From positions 17,109 through 81,108 of the forward strand of contig JAYZBQ010000058.1 of assembly GCA_036338695.1 (NCBI GenBank): a DNA stretch of 64,000 bases, read 5' to 3'. Made by a program: the position numbers and the translations under genes. The stretch comes from Myxococcota bacterium (GTDB lineage: Bacteria > Myxococcota > UBA4151). Below are positions 17,689 to 25,469 of this stretch, one piece after another (positions within the stretch are counted from its first letter, which is position 1; every line of letters starts with the position of its first letter). The notes under the pieces were generated by a model. It ran no database searches. It saw only the letters and a list, made by a program, of their open reading frames with translations, and was not told where the DNA came from.

Positions 17689-18701
17689 CAGATCAGCTCG
17701 CTCATCGAACAGTTCAGCCCGGAGCCGATCCCGAGCAGCGCGACCCGGTCGCCCTTCTTGATCTGCCCCGCCTCGACCGCCATGCTCAACGTCAACGGCA
17801 CGCCGGCTGGACCGACGTTACCCCACTCAGGGTAGATTTTATAACAGCGCTCGCTGTCGATCCCGAGCGTGGCGCAGAGCTGGTCCGTGTGCACGCGGCT
17901 GACTTGGTGCAGGACGAACTGGTCGAACCGGTCAACCGACCAGTCGAAGAGTTTCCAGGCACGGTCCCAGGTCTGTCGAGCGAGCTTGAGCCCTTCGACC
18001 AAGAGGGTGCGCGTGTCGGTAAACATCTGCTCGGTGGTGCCGCGGCACAGGTGGCTCCACTCGGTCGCCGCCTGGCTGACGCTGCGCAGATAGCGGTGCC
18101 CGTCGGGCGCCAGATCGGTGCGCGACAGCACCATGGCCACCGCGCCTGAGCCCAGCGTCAGGGCAGCGAACTCGGCTCGAAACTGCTGCTCGGTGCAGCC
18201 CTCATCGGCCATGCGCTTCATCGTCTGGCTGATCACGTGCCGGCTGCCCTCGCCATTGACGATCAGCGCGTAATCGATCTGACCCGTCTCGATGAGGTGA
18301 GCCGCCGTGTCCATGCCGTTCATAAAAGCGAGGCACGCGTTGCCGAGGTCGTAGCTGATGCAGTCGCTCGAGAGCCCGAGCTTGCCGTGCACGATGCAGG
18401 CTGTCGACGGCTCGATCCAATCGCGGCAGACCGAGGTGTTGATGAGCAAGCCGATCTGGTCAGCCTCAACCCCTGCCTTCGACAGCGCCTGGCGGGCTGC
18501 GTCGGCGGCGACATCGCTCGGCTGAATGCCCTCGTCCCAGAACTTCCGCGCCACGATCCCCGACAGCTGCTCGAGCAGCCCTTTGTGGACACCAAGTCGA
18601 TCCATAGTCTGGCTGAGCTGATCGTCGATCCACTCCGATGAGACACGATGCGGCGGGACGGCGTGAGCCACACTCACCACCGAGACGTTTTCAAATTCCA
18701 T
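17685..18701 (-). CDS. oleA: Acyl-CoA condensing thiolase OleA (FabH-like)
   Basis: IEPSTA, NACLAF, LTLGSGA, HQVS, GNVGPA, GIGSGLNC. Confidence 0.92.
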   Translation of the reverse strand: MEFENVSVVSVAHAVPPHRVSSEWIDDQLSQTMDRLGVHKGLLEQLSGIVARKFWDEGIQPSDVAADAARQALSKAGVEADQIGLLINTSVCRDWIEPSTACIVHGKLGLSSDCISYDLGNACLAFMNGMDTAAHLIETGQIDYALIVNGEGSRHVISQTMKRMADEGCTEQQFRAEFAALTLGSGAVAMVLSRTDLAPDGHRYLRSVSQAATEWSHLCRGTTEQMFTDTRTLLVEGLKLARQTWDRAWKLFDWSVDRFDQFVLHQVSRVHTDQLCATLGIDSERCYKIYPEWGNVGPAGVPLTLSMAVEAGQIKKGDRVALLGIGSGLNCSMSELIW

Positions 18702-18737
18702 GCGTCGTCCGAAATGTCGGTTAGCGTGAGCCGCCCT

Positions 18738-18753
18738 TGCCAGCGCCGTGCCA
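18738..18753 (-). promoter_or_regulatory. Putative sigma54 (-24/-12) promoter of oleABCD
   Basis: Minus strand TGGCACGGCGCTGGCA has correct GG-N10-GC spacing and lies ~37 nt upstream of the oleA ATG. Confidence 0.5.
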
Positions 18754-18819
18754 GCCCGTCAATTCTCTAAGCGTCGCAGCTTTGTATGGGGTCGGGCACA
18801 CGCCGGATATGCGCACCCT

Positions 18820-19455
18820 TTAGTCGTAAACCACTCGGGCGCGGCTGGCGCCAAACTCAGCGTCCCACCGCCGAGGCTCGTTCTCCATCGCCTCGCCCGA
18901 CGCCAGCGGCCTACCGTCTGCGCCGAACAGCTCCATGTAGTTGTCCGAGCCGTCGGTGCGGGTCGCCACCATGTAGAGGGACTCACCGTCGAGCTCGTGG
19001 CGGCTCAGGTACACGGTCGCCCAGTCGTTCGCCTCTGCGTGGTCGTAGTAATGCGCAAAACTGTCTCGTACCGACTCAGGCAGCGCATTCATCACCTCGG
19101 GGTTGCGATCATCGAGCGCGTTGCGTTGCGCGTTTTGGTAGTCGCTGAGGTCGTAGCGCCCGAAGGCGTCTTGAGCCCGCTCAGCCGTCACACCGCCTTG
19201 GCGATCGGACAGCAGCGCAGCGGTCGCCGCGCCGACGGAGCGCACGCTGCGCCCCCCGCCATGCGGCGCCGCCTCAGCGCGCGCTTTGAGGTTCATGAAG
19301 CGCTGCATCTCCGCGCGCTCGGCGCCGCTCAAACCCTCGAAACGATCAAGCCCCTGCGGAGAGGGCGCACGCGGCGCCTCAGGTTTCGCCTGATCAGCAG
19401 GCTCGAGGGAGGCTCGGCGCAGCTGAGGGGGAACCCCGTGGATTTTCATGCTCAT
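18820..19455 (-). CDS. Hypothetical protein
   Basis: SD GGAG; Pro/Ala-rich N-terminus followed by a globular acidic domain. Confidence 0.7.
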   Translation of the reverse strand: MSMKIHGVPPQLRRASLEPADQAKPEAPRAPSPQGLDRFEGLSGAERAEMQRFMNLKARAEAAPHGGGRSVRSVGAATAALLSDRQGGVTAERAQDAFGRYDLSDYQNAQRNALDDRNPEVMNALPESVRDSFAHYYDHAEANDWATVYLSRHELDGESLYMVATRTDGSDNYMELFGADGRPLASGEAMENEPRRWDAEFGASRARVVYD

Positions 19456-19518
19456 GACGTCGCTCCAAAGCGCAAGGTGCCAAAAGCTGCACGCGAAGGA
19501 AAGCGCTCAGCGTTGGGG

Positions 19519-21675
19519 TTATCGTCCGCCCGTCCTGGCGGTTTCGCCCTCAACCCAGTCCATCCCTAAATGGTGCATGAGGAAGGTGTATTGTTCGGCG
19601 AGTTTCTCGATGGTCAACGACAGCGCTCTGCCGGCGCCGTGGCCGACGCGGGTCTCGATACGGATAACCACCGGCGCCTCGCCGCCCTGCGCCGCCTGCA
19701 TCGCTGCGGCGAACTTGTAGCTGTGGGCTGGCACCACTCGGTCGTCGTGATCGGCGGTGCTGATCAGGGTGGGGGGGTAGCGCACCCCCGCTTTGGCGTT
19801 GTGGACGGGTGAGTAGCGAAGCAGCGCCTCGAACTCCGCCTTGTCATCCACCGTGCCGTAATCACTCGCCCAGCGCTTGCCGACCGTGAACAGGTGATAG
19901 CGCAGCATGTCGAGCACCCCGACGTCCGGCAGCGCAGCGCCAAAAAGCTCAGGCCGCTGTTGCATCACCGCAGCCACCAGCAGGCCGCCGTTGCTTCCGC
20001 CATTGATCGCAAGCTGCCCCGGCGTGGTGACGCCCTCTTGGATCAGATGCTCGCTGGCTGCGATGAAGTCATCAAAGACGTTCTGTTTCTGGGTTTTGGT
20101 GCCCGCTTTGTGCCAGCGCTCGCCATACTCACCGCCGCCGCGCAGGTTGGCGATCACGAAGACGCCGCCGCGCTCCAGCCAGACCGCTCGGCCGACCGAG
20201 AAGTAGGGCGTCAGCGAGACGTTGAAGCCGCCATATCCATACAGCAGCGTGGGCTTAGGTCCGGCAGGGAGCCCCTTCTTGTGGATGATGAACATGGGCA
20301 CCTTGGTCCCATCTTTGCTCTCAAAGAAGACCTGGCGGCTCGTGTACTCCGCGCTGTCAAAGGCGAGCTTCGGCGCACGGTAGAGGCTGCTTTGTCCGGT
20401 GTTCATGTCCAGGCGATAGATCGAGCTCGGGCGCACAAAGTCCGAGTACACGTAGAACACCTCTGGGTCATCAGCGTAACCTCCCAGCCCCCAGACGCTA
20501 CCCATACCAGGGAGCTCGAGCTTGCCGAGCGGTTTGCCGTCCAGCGTGAGCCGCTCCGCCACGGCGTGCGCGTCTTTGAGAAAACTGACCAGGAGCTGTC
20601 CACCCACGACAGAAGCCGAGCGCAGCACCTCGTCTCGCTCGGGGATCACCTCGACCCAATCCGACCGAGCCGGGCGATCGAGCGTCATCTTCATCACGCG
20701 CTGCTTCGGGGCTTGCCAATTGGTCTTGAGCCACACCGTCTCGTTGAGTTTCCCCATCGGCCAGGTGCCCGCTTCCCAGTCCGTCTGGACGGCTGTGGGC
20801 GCAGCCCTCAAGTCGTCGAGGCGCTTGAACCAGAGCATGTTCCGGTTGTCCGTATCCTTTTTGGCATAGAGCCAAAGCAGCTGATCGTCGTCGCTGACCC
20901 AGCCGCCAACGTGCCACTCCGGCTGGTCGGGCTGCGCAAAAACCACCTGATCACTCGCCTGATCGTCGCCGAGCCGGTGAAAATAGAGCCTGTGGTTTTG
21001 ATTGGTCTGCTGCAGCTTATCCTCGGGCTCCGGATAGCGGCTGTAGAAGAAGCCCGAGCCGTCCTTACGCCATGATATCCCCGACCATTTGACCCACCGC
21101 AGGCGCTCCTTAAGCTCGCCCGTCTGCGCGTTCATCACCTGGATCTCGCGCCAGTCTGAGCCGCCGTCCGAGATCATGTAGGCGATCCAGCGACCATCCT
21201 CACTCGCCGCGTACGACCCGAGCGACACCGAGCCGTCCTTCGAGAAGGTGTTCGGGTCGAGCAGAACGCGCGCCTCCCCGTCCAGCCCTTTGGACACCAT
21301 CAGCACCGAGTGTTGCTGCAGGCCGCTGTTGTAGCGGTAATAGTAGTGCTCACCGACGCGCGACGGCGCGCTGAACCGCTCATAGTTCCACAAGCCCTTG
21401 AGCCGGTCCTTGAGGCGCTGTTTGTGCGGCAGCGACCCGAGGTGCTGCTGCGTCAGGCGGTTCTGCGCTGCGATCCAAGCCCGGGTTTGCTCGCTCTTGG
21501 AGTCCTCGAGCCAGCGGTAGGGGTCCGGGACCGAGACGCCATGGTGCACGTCGACGACGTCACCGGGTGGGCTCGGCGGGTACGCGAGCGCTTGGCTCGA
21601 TGGGGCGTGCGCGCAGGCGGCGAGCGCGTTCAGGGCGAGCGCAGCAACAGACGCCCGAACACAAGCTGAACGCAG
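19519..21675 (-). CDS. Prolyl oligopeptidase (S9A) lipoprotein; start uncertain
   Basis: DPYRWLED, YGYGGF, RGGGEYG, GGSNGG, DHDDRV, GHGAG. The ORF-track start 22116 overlaps another gene; candidate starts are CTG 21675 or ATG 21765. Confidence 0.92.
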   Translation of the reverse strand: MRSACVRASVAALALNALAACAHAPSSQALAYPPSPPGDVVDVHHGVSVPDPYRWLEDSKSEQTRAWIAAQNRLTQQHLGSLPHKQRLKDRLKGLWNYERFSAPSRVGEHYYYRYNSGLQQHSVLMVSKGLDGEARVLLDPNTFSKDGSVSLGSYAASEDGRWIAYMISDGGSDWREIQVMNAQTGELKERLRWVKWSGISWRKDGSGFFYSRYPEPEDKLQQTNQNHRLYFHRLGDDQASDQVVFAQPDQPEWHVGGWVSDDDQLLWLYAKKDTDNRNMLWFKRLDDLRAAPTAVQTDWEAGTWPMGKLNETVWLKTNWQAPKQRVMKMTLDRPARSDWVEVIPERDEVLRSASVVGGQLLVSFLKDAHAVAERLTLDGKPLGKLELPGMGSVWGLGGYADDPEVFYVYSDFVRPSSIYRLDMNTGQSSLYRAPKLAFDSAEYTSRQVFFESKDGTKVPMFIIHKKGLPAGPKPTLLYGYGGFNVSLTPYFSVGRAVWLERGGVFVIANLRGGGEYGERWHKAGTKTQKQNVFDDFIAASEHLIQEGVTTPGQLAINGGSNGGLLVAAVMQQRPELFGAALPDVGVLDMLRYHLFTVGKRWASDYGTVDDKAEFEALLRYSPVHNAKAGVRYPPTLISTADHDDRVVPAHSYKFAAAMQAAQGGEAPVVIRIETRVGHGAGRALSLTIEKLAEQYTFLMHHLGMDWVEGETARTGGR

Positions 21676-22550
21676 ACGCTCGCAACGAGTAACGCGCCCG
21701 CCGCAGCGCGCACCGGCGCTGGCAGGTCGCCGAGCACACAAACGAACAGGAAGAACCCATGCCATAAGATCGAAACTCCAAGAATCAGCCGGTCCGAGGT
21801 GCCTCGAAATTGAGGTTGGTCCAGCGCCACGATGAGGACACCCATGATGATGAAGAGCACGAGGATGACGCCATCGGTCAAACCGAGGAAGCGCAAGCCG
21901 TGGTAGGGTAGAAACAGCAAGAAGCCGAGCACGAGCGTGGCGAGCGCCACCCAGGCAACGGAGAGGGTGAGCTGCAGCGGACTCGAGGCAACCGGGTCGC
22001 GACGCCCGAGCAGCCAGCACAACCCGGCGTGGAACAAGAAAATCCACAGGGTCGAGCTGTAGGGTACACCCATCCAGCGCGCCTCCGTGGTCAGGTGCTC
22101 CTTCCAGACCCACCAACCCATCTCGGGCCCCATCAGGTCGTAGGGGGTGTACATCACCATGGCGATCAGACCGCAGACCACCGCCTCGGGGACCGGGTCC
22201 AAGCCCAGCCGGCGAGCGAAGTGGTACGAGGCGTACACCACGCTGTGATAAACAAAGGTGATGTAGAGGGGGAGCTTGTGGTGGTAGAGCATCACGCTGA
22301 AGCGCTGGTGACCAAAGCTGTCCACGTAGTTGTAGGTGATCACCTCGAGCGCCACGGCGTAGACCAGGATGGCGCTCCAGACAAAGAGTGGCTGCTGATC
22401 ACCCTGACGAAGCGCCCGCAGCACGTGCGCGACGGTGAGCAACCAACACAGCAGCAAGGTCGCCTCCATCAAGCCGTTGCTCAGCGGGTTGGATGCGGGC
22501 GAGAAGAGCTCCACCATCGGCAAGCTGGTATCCACGACGGGCAGCTTCAT
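21630..22550 (-). CDS. Polytopic membrane protein, possibly CruF/carotenoid-biosynthesis-protein-like
   Basis: Multiple TM helices; LEVI, KLPLYI, PYDLMG...WWVW and GVP motifs; ATGA overlap with the desaturase gene. Confidence 0.65.
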   Translation of the reverse strand: MKLPVVDTSLPMVELFSPASNPLSNGLMEATLLLCWLLTVAHVLRALRQGDQQPLFVWSAILVYAVALEVITYNYVDSFGHQRFSVMLYHHKLPLYITFVYHSVVYASYHFARRLGLDPVPEAVVCGLIAMVMYTPYDLMGPEMGWWVWKEHLTTEARWMGVPYSSTLWIFLFHAGLCWLLGRRDPVASSPLQLTLSVAWVALATLVLGFLLFLPYHGLRFLGLTDGVILVLFIIMGVLIVALDQPQFRGTSDRLILGVSILWHGFFLFVCVLGDLPAPVRAAAGALLVASVCVQLVFGRLLLRSP

Positions 22551-23431
22551 GAGGCGCCCTCCGGGGTCAACTGCGCCGCCGGGCGACGCCGAGCCCTGCG
22601 GCGCTTCTCGAGTCGAGCCAGCGAGCGCGCCTCGACCGCCGCGTGCGAATAACTCATCGGGGTGGCGACCGGGCGCTCATTTTGGTCCTCAACAAATTGC
22701 CGCTCGCCGTAGTCGAGCTCCTCGCAACGCCAGGTGCCAAAAAGGCGGTCCCACCAATGAATCGTCTGCGCAAAATTGACGTGGAAATAGGTGTGGTGAT
22801 CGTCGTGAAAGGCAGCGGGTCCTTGCCACGGAAGGACCATCCCAAAGCGGATCCCGGAGTGATCGATCAGCGAGACCATGTGCTGGTACAGCAACACAGC
22901 GATCACGCCACCTGGATGGAGCGGAACCAGGAAGATGGGCGCCATGGTGACCACCTGGAAGGTGAGCAGCTCAAAGGGATGGGCTGCGACCGCCGTGAAC
23001 GCGCTGGGCGTTCGGTAGCGGTGATGGATGCAGTGCGCAAAGCGGTAGGGGCCTTTGCGGTGCATCCATCGGTGCGCCCAGTAGAGCCCAAAGTCACCGA
23101 CGACGAAGAAGCCGACGCTCGAGAGCACCGTGTAGGTCCAGCCGTACTCGGCGACGTCGAAATAGAGCATGCTAAAGCCGCCGGTGATCACATGATAGTA
23201 TAGGACGCCGCTGACGAGCGAGAGCATGATCATGTTCTGCGTGCCGAGCCGGCGCTCCTCCCGCGCCAGCCGCTTGGGCGCCCAGCGGTCAGGCTGTACC
23301 TTCCAGGTCTCGGGCTTATCCTTACGCTGCTGATAATAGACCCAATCCAGCGCCAGGCTCGGCAGCCAATAGACCGCCAAACCACCGCCGACGGTGATCG
23401 CAAAGCACTTGAGCAAAAGAAGCCAATCCAT
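22547..23431 (-). CDS. Sterol desaturase / fatty-acid hydroxylase family protein (C-5 desaturase-like)
   Basis: His boxes HRWMH, HCIHH, DHSG, HDDHH; NFAQ...WDRLFGT. Confidence 0.88.
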   Translation of the reverse strand: MDWLLLLKCFAITVGGGLAVYWLPSLALDWVYYQQRKDKPETWKVQPDRWAPKRLAREERRLGTQNMIMLSLVSGVLYYHVITGGFSMLYFDVAEYGWTYTVLSSVGFFVVGDFGLYWAHRWMHRKGPYRFAHCIHHRYRTPSAFTAVAAHPFELLTFQVVTMAPIFLVPLHPGGVIAVLLYQHMVSLIDHSGIRFGMVLPWQGPAAFHDDHHTYFHVNFAQTIHWWDRLFGTWRCEELDYGERQFVEDQNERPVATPMSYSHAAVEARSLARLEKRRRARRRPAAQLTPEGAS

Positions 23432-23541
23432 CTGCGGTCCCTCGGCTTTTGACCCCGTACCTCAACGCGACCATGCCCCGACGTCAAGGCGGGGGACCTT
23501 TTGAGTTGGTCAAGGCGGGCGATATTTTGTAAGCCCTGCGC

Positions 23542-24321
23542 ATGATGAATCTGCTGATGACGCTTGCGCTCGCTGCGCCTCCCGAGGCGGCGGCGACCCC
23601 CGAGTCGCCAAAGCTGGCGGTGATGGACCTTGAGCTCAAAAAAGGGCTCGATCAAGCGACCGCAGAGATGCTCAATGAGCTCATGCTCGAGCGGCTGAGC
23701 CGCTCCAAGCGCTTTGGTGGCGTGATCGGTGGCTCGGACCTGCGTGAGATGCTCAGCCTCGAGGAGCAGAAGGCAGCCATGGGCTGTGACGCGGACAGTT
23801 GCTTAGCCGAGCTCGGCGGGGCGCTGGGGGTGCCGTTGATGCTCTCGTCGAGCCTGGGGACCTTTGCCGGCAACTACATCCTCAACCTCAAGCTGATCAG
23901 CGTGGAGGACGCCAAGGTGCTTGCGCGCACCAGCCGGGTGGTCAAGGACGAGTCCAAGCTGCTCGATGAGCTCGGCGCAAGCCTCGATCAGATCGTGGCG
24001 GAAGGGATGGACGGCGCGGTCAAGCCCAGCGGTGAGCCGGCGCCCGCTTCTGTCAAGAGCAAGCCAAAGGGCGCAAGCGGCGGCGTCTGGATCGCCACCG
24101 CAGGCGGCGGCTTATTCGTCGGCGGCTTGGTCGCCGGCGTGCTGCTCAACAACGTCGGAGACCCACGCCTGCATGTTGCGCAGACCGACTTTGTCCTCGG
24201 CAACACCTCGTGGTCTGAATTCTCGTCGGCGGTCGAGCGCCGCAACCGCTTGAACCTGATCGGAGGGAGCCTCGGCGCGCTCGGGGCGGTCGTGACGGCT
24301 TATGGGCTGTGGGGGCGATGA
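23542..24321 (+). CDS. Exported protein with TolB-N/DUF2380-like domain and C-terminal membrane segments
   Basis: GCDADSCLAELGGALG resembles the N-terminal domain of 1833-3272; hydrophobic C-terminus. Confidence 0.75.
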   Translation: MMNLLMTLALAAPPEAAATPESPKLAVMDLELKKGLDQATAEMLNELMLERLSRSKRFGGVIGGSDLREMLSLEEQKAAMGCDADSCLAELGGALGVPLMLSSSLGTFAGNYILNLKLISVEDAKVLARTSRVVKDESKLLDELGASLDQIVAEGMDGAVKPSGEPAPASVKSKPKGASGGVWIATAGGGLFVGGLVAGVLLNNVGDPRLHVAQTDFVLGNTSWSEFSSAVERRNRLNLIGGSLGALGAVVTAYGLWGR

Positions 24322-25394
24322 TGAGGGCGTTTGCGATCGTTTGTACGTTGAGCCTCGGTTGCTTGCCCGTCGGCGGTGACGTCAGCCAGCTCTACGATTC
24401 GCAGCGTCAGGCGCGCCAGAACCGCTGTGATGACGAGCAAGCGGGCGGGGGAGCCTGGTGCGAGGCGATCGATGGCGCGTGTTACGGTGCGCGCGTCGCC
24501 CCCACGATGTCTCCCGCAGAGGGTACAGCGAAGCCGCGCTACGGACACACCTCGATGTGTTTGGCGCCGCCGACGGAAGGGGAGTGCTACCTAGGCTATC
24601 AACGGATGCAAGCGCTGCGAAATGACGGCACCGACGTCTATCACGAGGTCTGCGCGCCCAAGCCGCTGTGCAAGGGACCAGCTGACTGCGCCCAACCAGG
24701 CTATGGGTTCACCTATGGATCGACGTTCTGTGCTGGGCAGGACCCCGTGTGCCGGTTTCAGCGTGGCGATCGCTGCGATAGCGACGCCGAGTGCGTGGAC
24801 CGCCACGGCGACGGCTCGCTGTGCTTTCAGAACTATTGCGAGTCGACCAACCCCGACGCCGTCGCGGCCTGTGATGATGAGGAGCTCTTCACGGGACGAT
24901 GCGAGCTTGGGGAGGACCCTCCGACCATTCCAACCCACTTCACCGAGAATCGGGGATTGGTGAAGACATGTGAGCTCTCTAACGGTGAGTGTACGTTGAC
25001 GATGGGCCAGGTGGGCGCCTGTCGGGAGCTGTTCCAGGGCACCTATTATTGTTTGCCCGTGGTCGTAGACCAGACGCGCTGCCCAACTGGCTGGTTCGAA
25101 GATACGACACAAAACCCTGCCGTGTGCGTCCCGATGATCCCCTGCAAGGGCTTTGGGGTGATCAACACCGACCCCCAAAGCGGAGGCGGTGGCTGGTGCG
25201 GTAGCAGGCCCGGTGAAAGCGCCTGTGAGTCAGGCAATAACCTCCAGGTCCTCGGTAATGTCCCGCCCTGCAGTGACGAGCAACCGTGTCCGGACGGCAG
25301 CAGCTGTTTCCTTGACCTGTGTGTGGTCGCCGAGTCGAGCACTGAGCGGGCAGACAACCAGGTCACCATCCCCGTGTGCAACCAGCGGGGCTGA
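24318..25394 (+). CDS. Cysteine-rich lipoprotein
   Basis: Lipobox SLGC; many Cys; ATGA overlap with the upstream gene. Confidence 0.8.
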   Translation: MMRAFAIVCTLSLGCLPVGGDVSQLYDSQRQARQNRCDDEQAGGGAWCEAIDGACYGARVAPTMSPAEGTAKPRYGHTSMCLAPPTEGECYLGYQRMQALRNDGTDVYHEVCAPKPLCKGPADCAQPGYGFTYGSTFCAGQDPVCRFQRGDRCDSDAECVDRHGDGSLCFQNYCESTNPDAVAACDDEELFTGRCELGEDPPTIPTHFTENRGLVKTCELSNGECTLTMGQVGACRELFQGTYYCLPVVVDQTRCPTGWFEDTTQNPAVCVPMIPCKGFGVINTDPQSGGGGWCGSRPGESACESGNNLQVLGNVPPCSDEQPCPDGSSCFLDLCVVAESSTERADNQVTIPVCNQRG

Positions 25395-25469
25395 GCTCAA
25401 AAATTACGTCACGCGCGATCTAGACCTTCCGCACGCTTCTGGTAATTAAGCTTCAACGAGGAGTGATGC

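Noticed and set aside
19519..22116. 865-aa N-terminally extended oligopeptidase, and similar extended starts for pntA (43328), metG (55004), miaE (62807) and 38920
   Set aside because: The extensions overlap other genes or lack protein-like character; internal starts with SD sequences or family-typical N-termini fit better.
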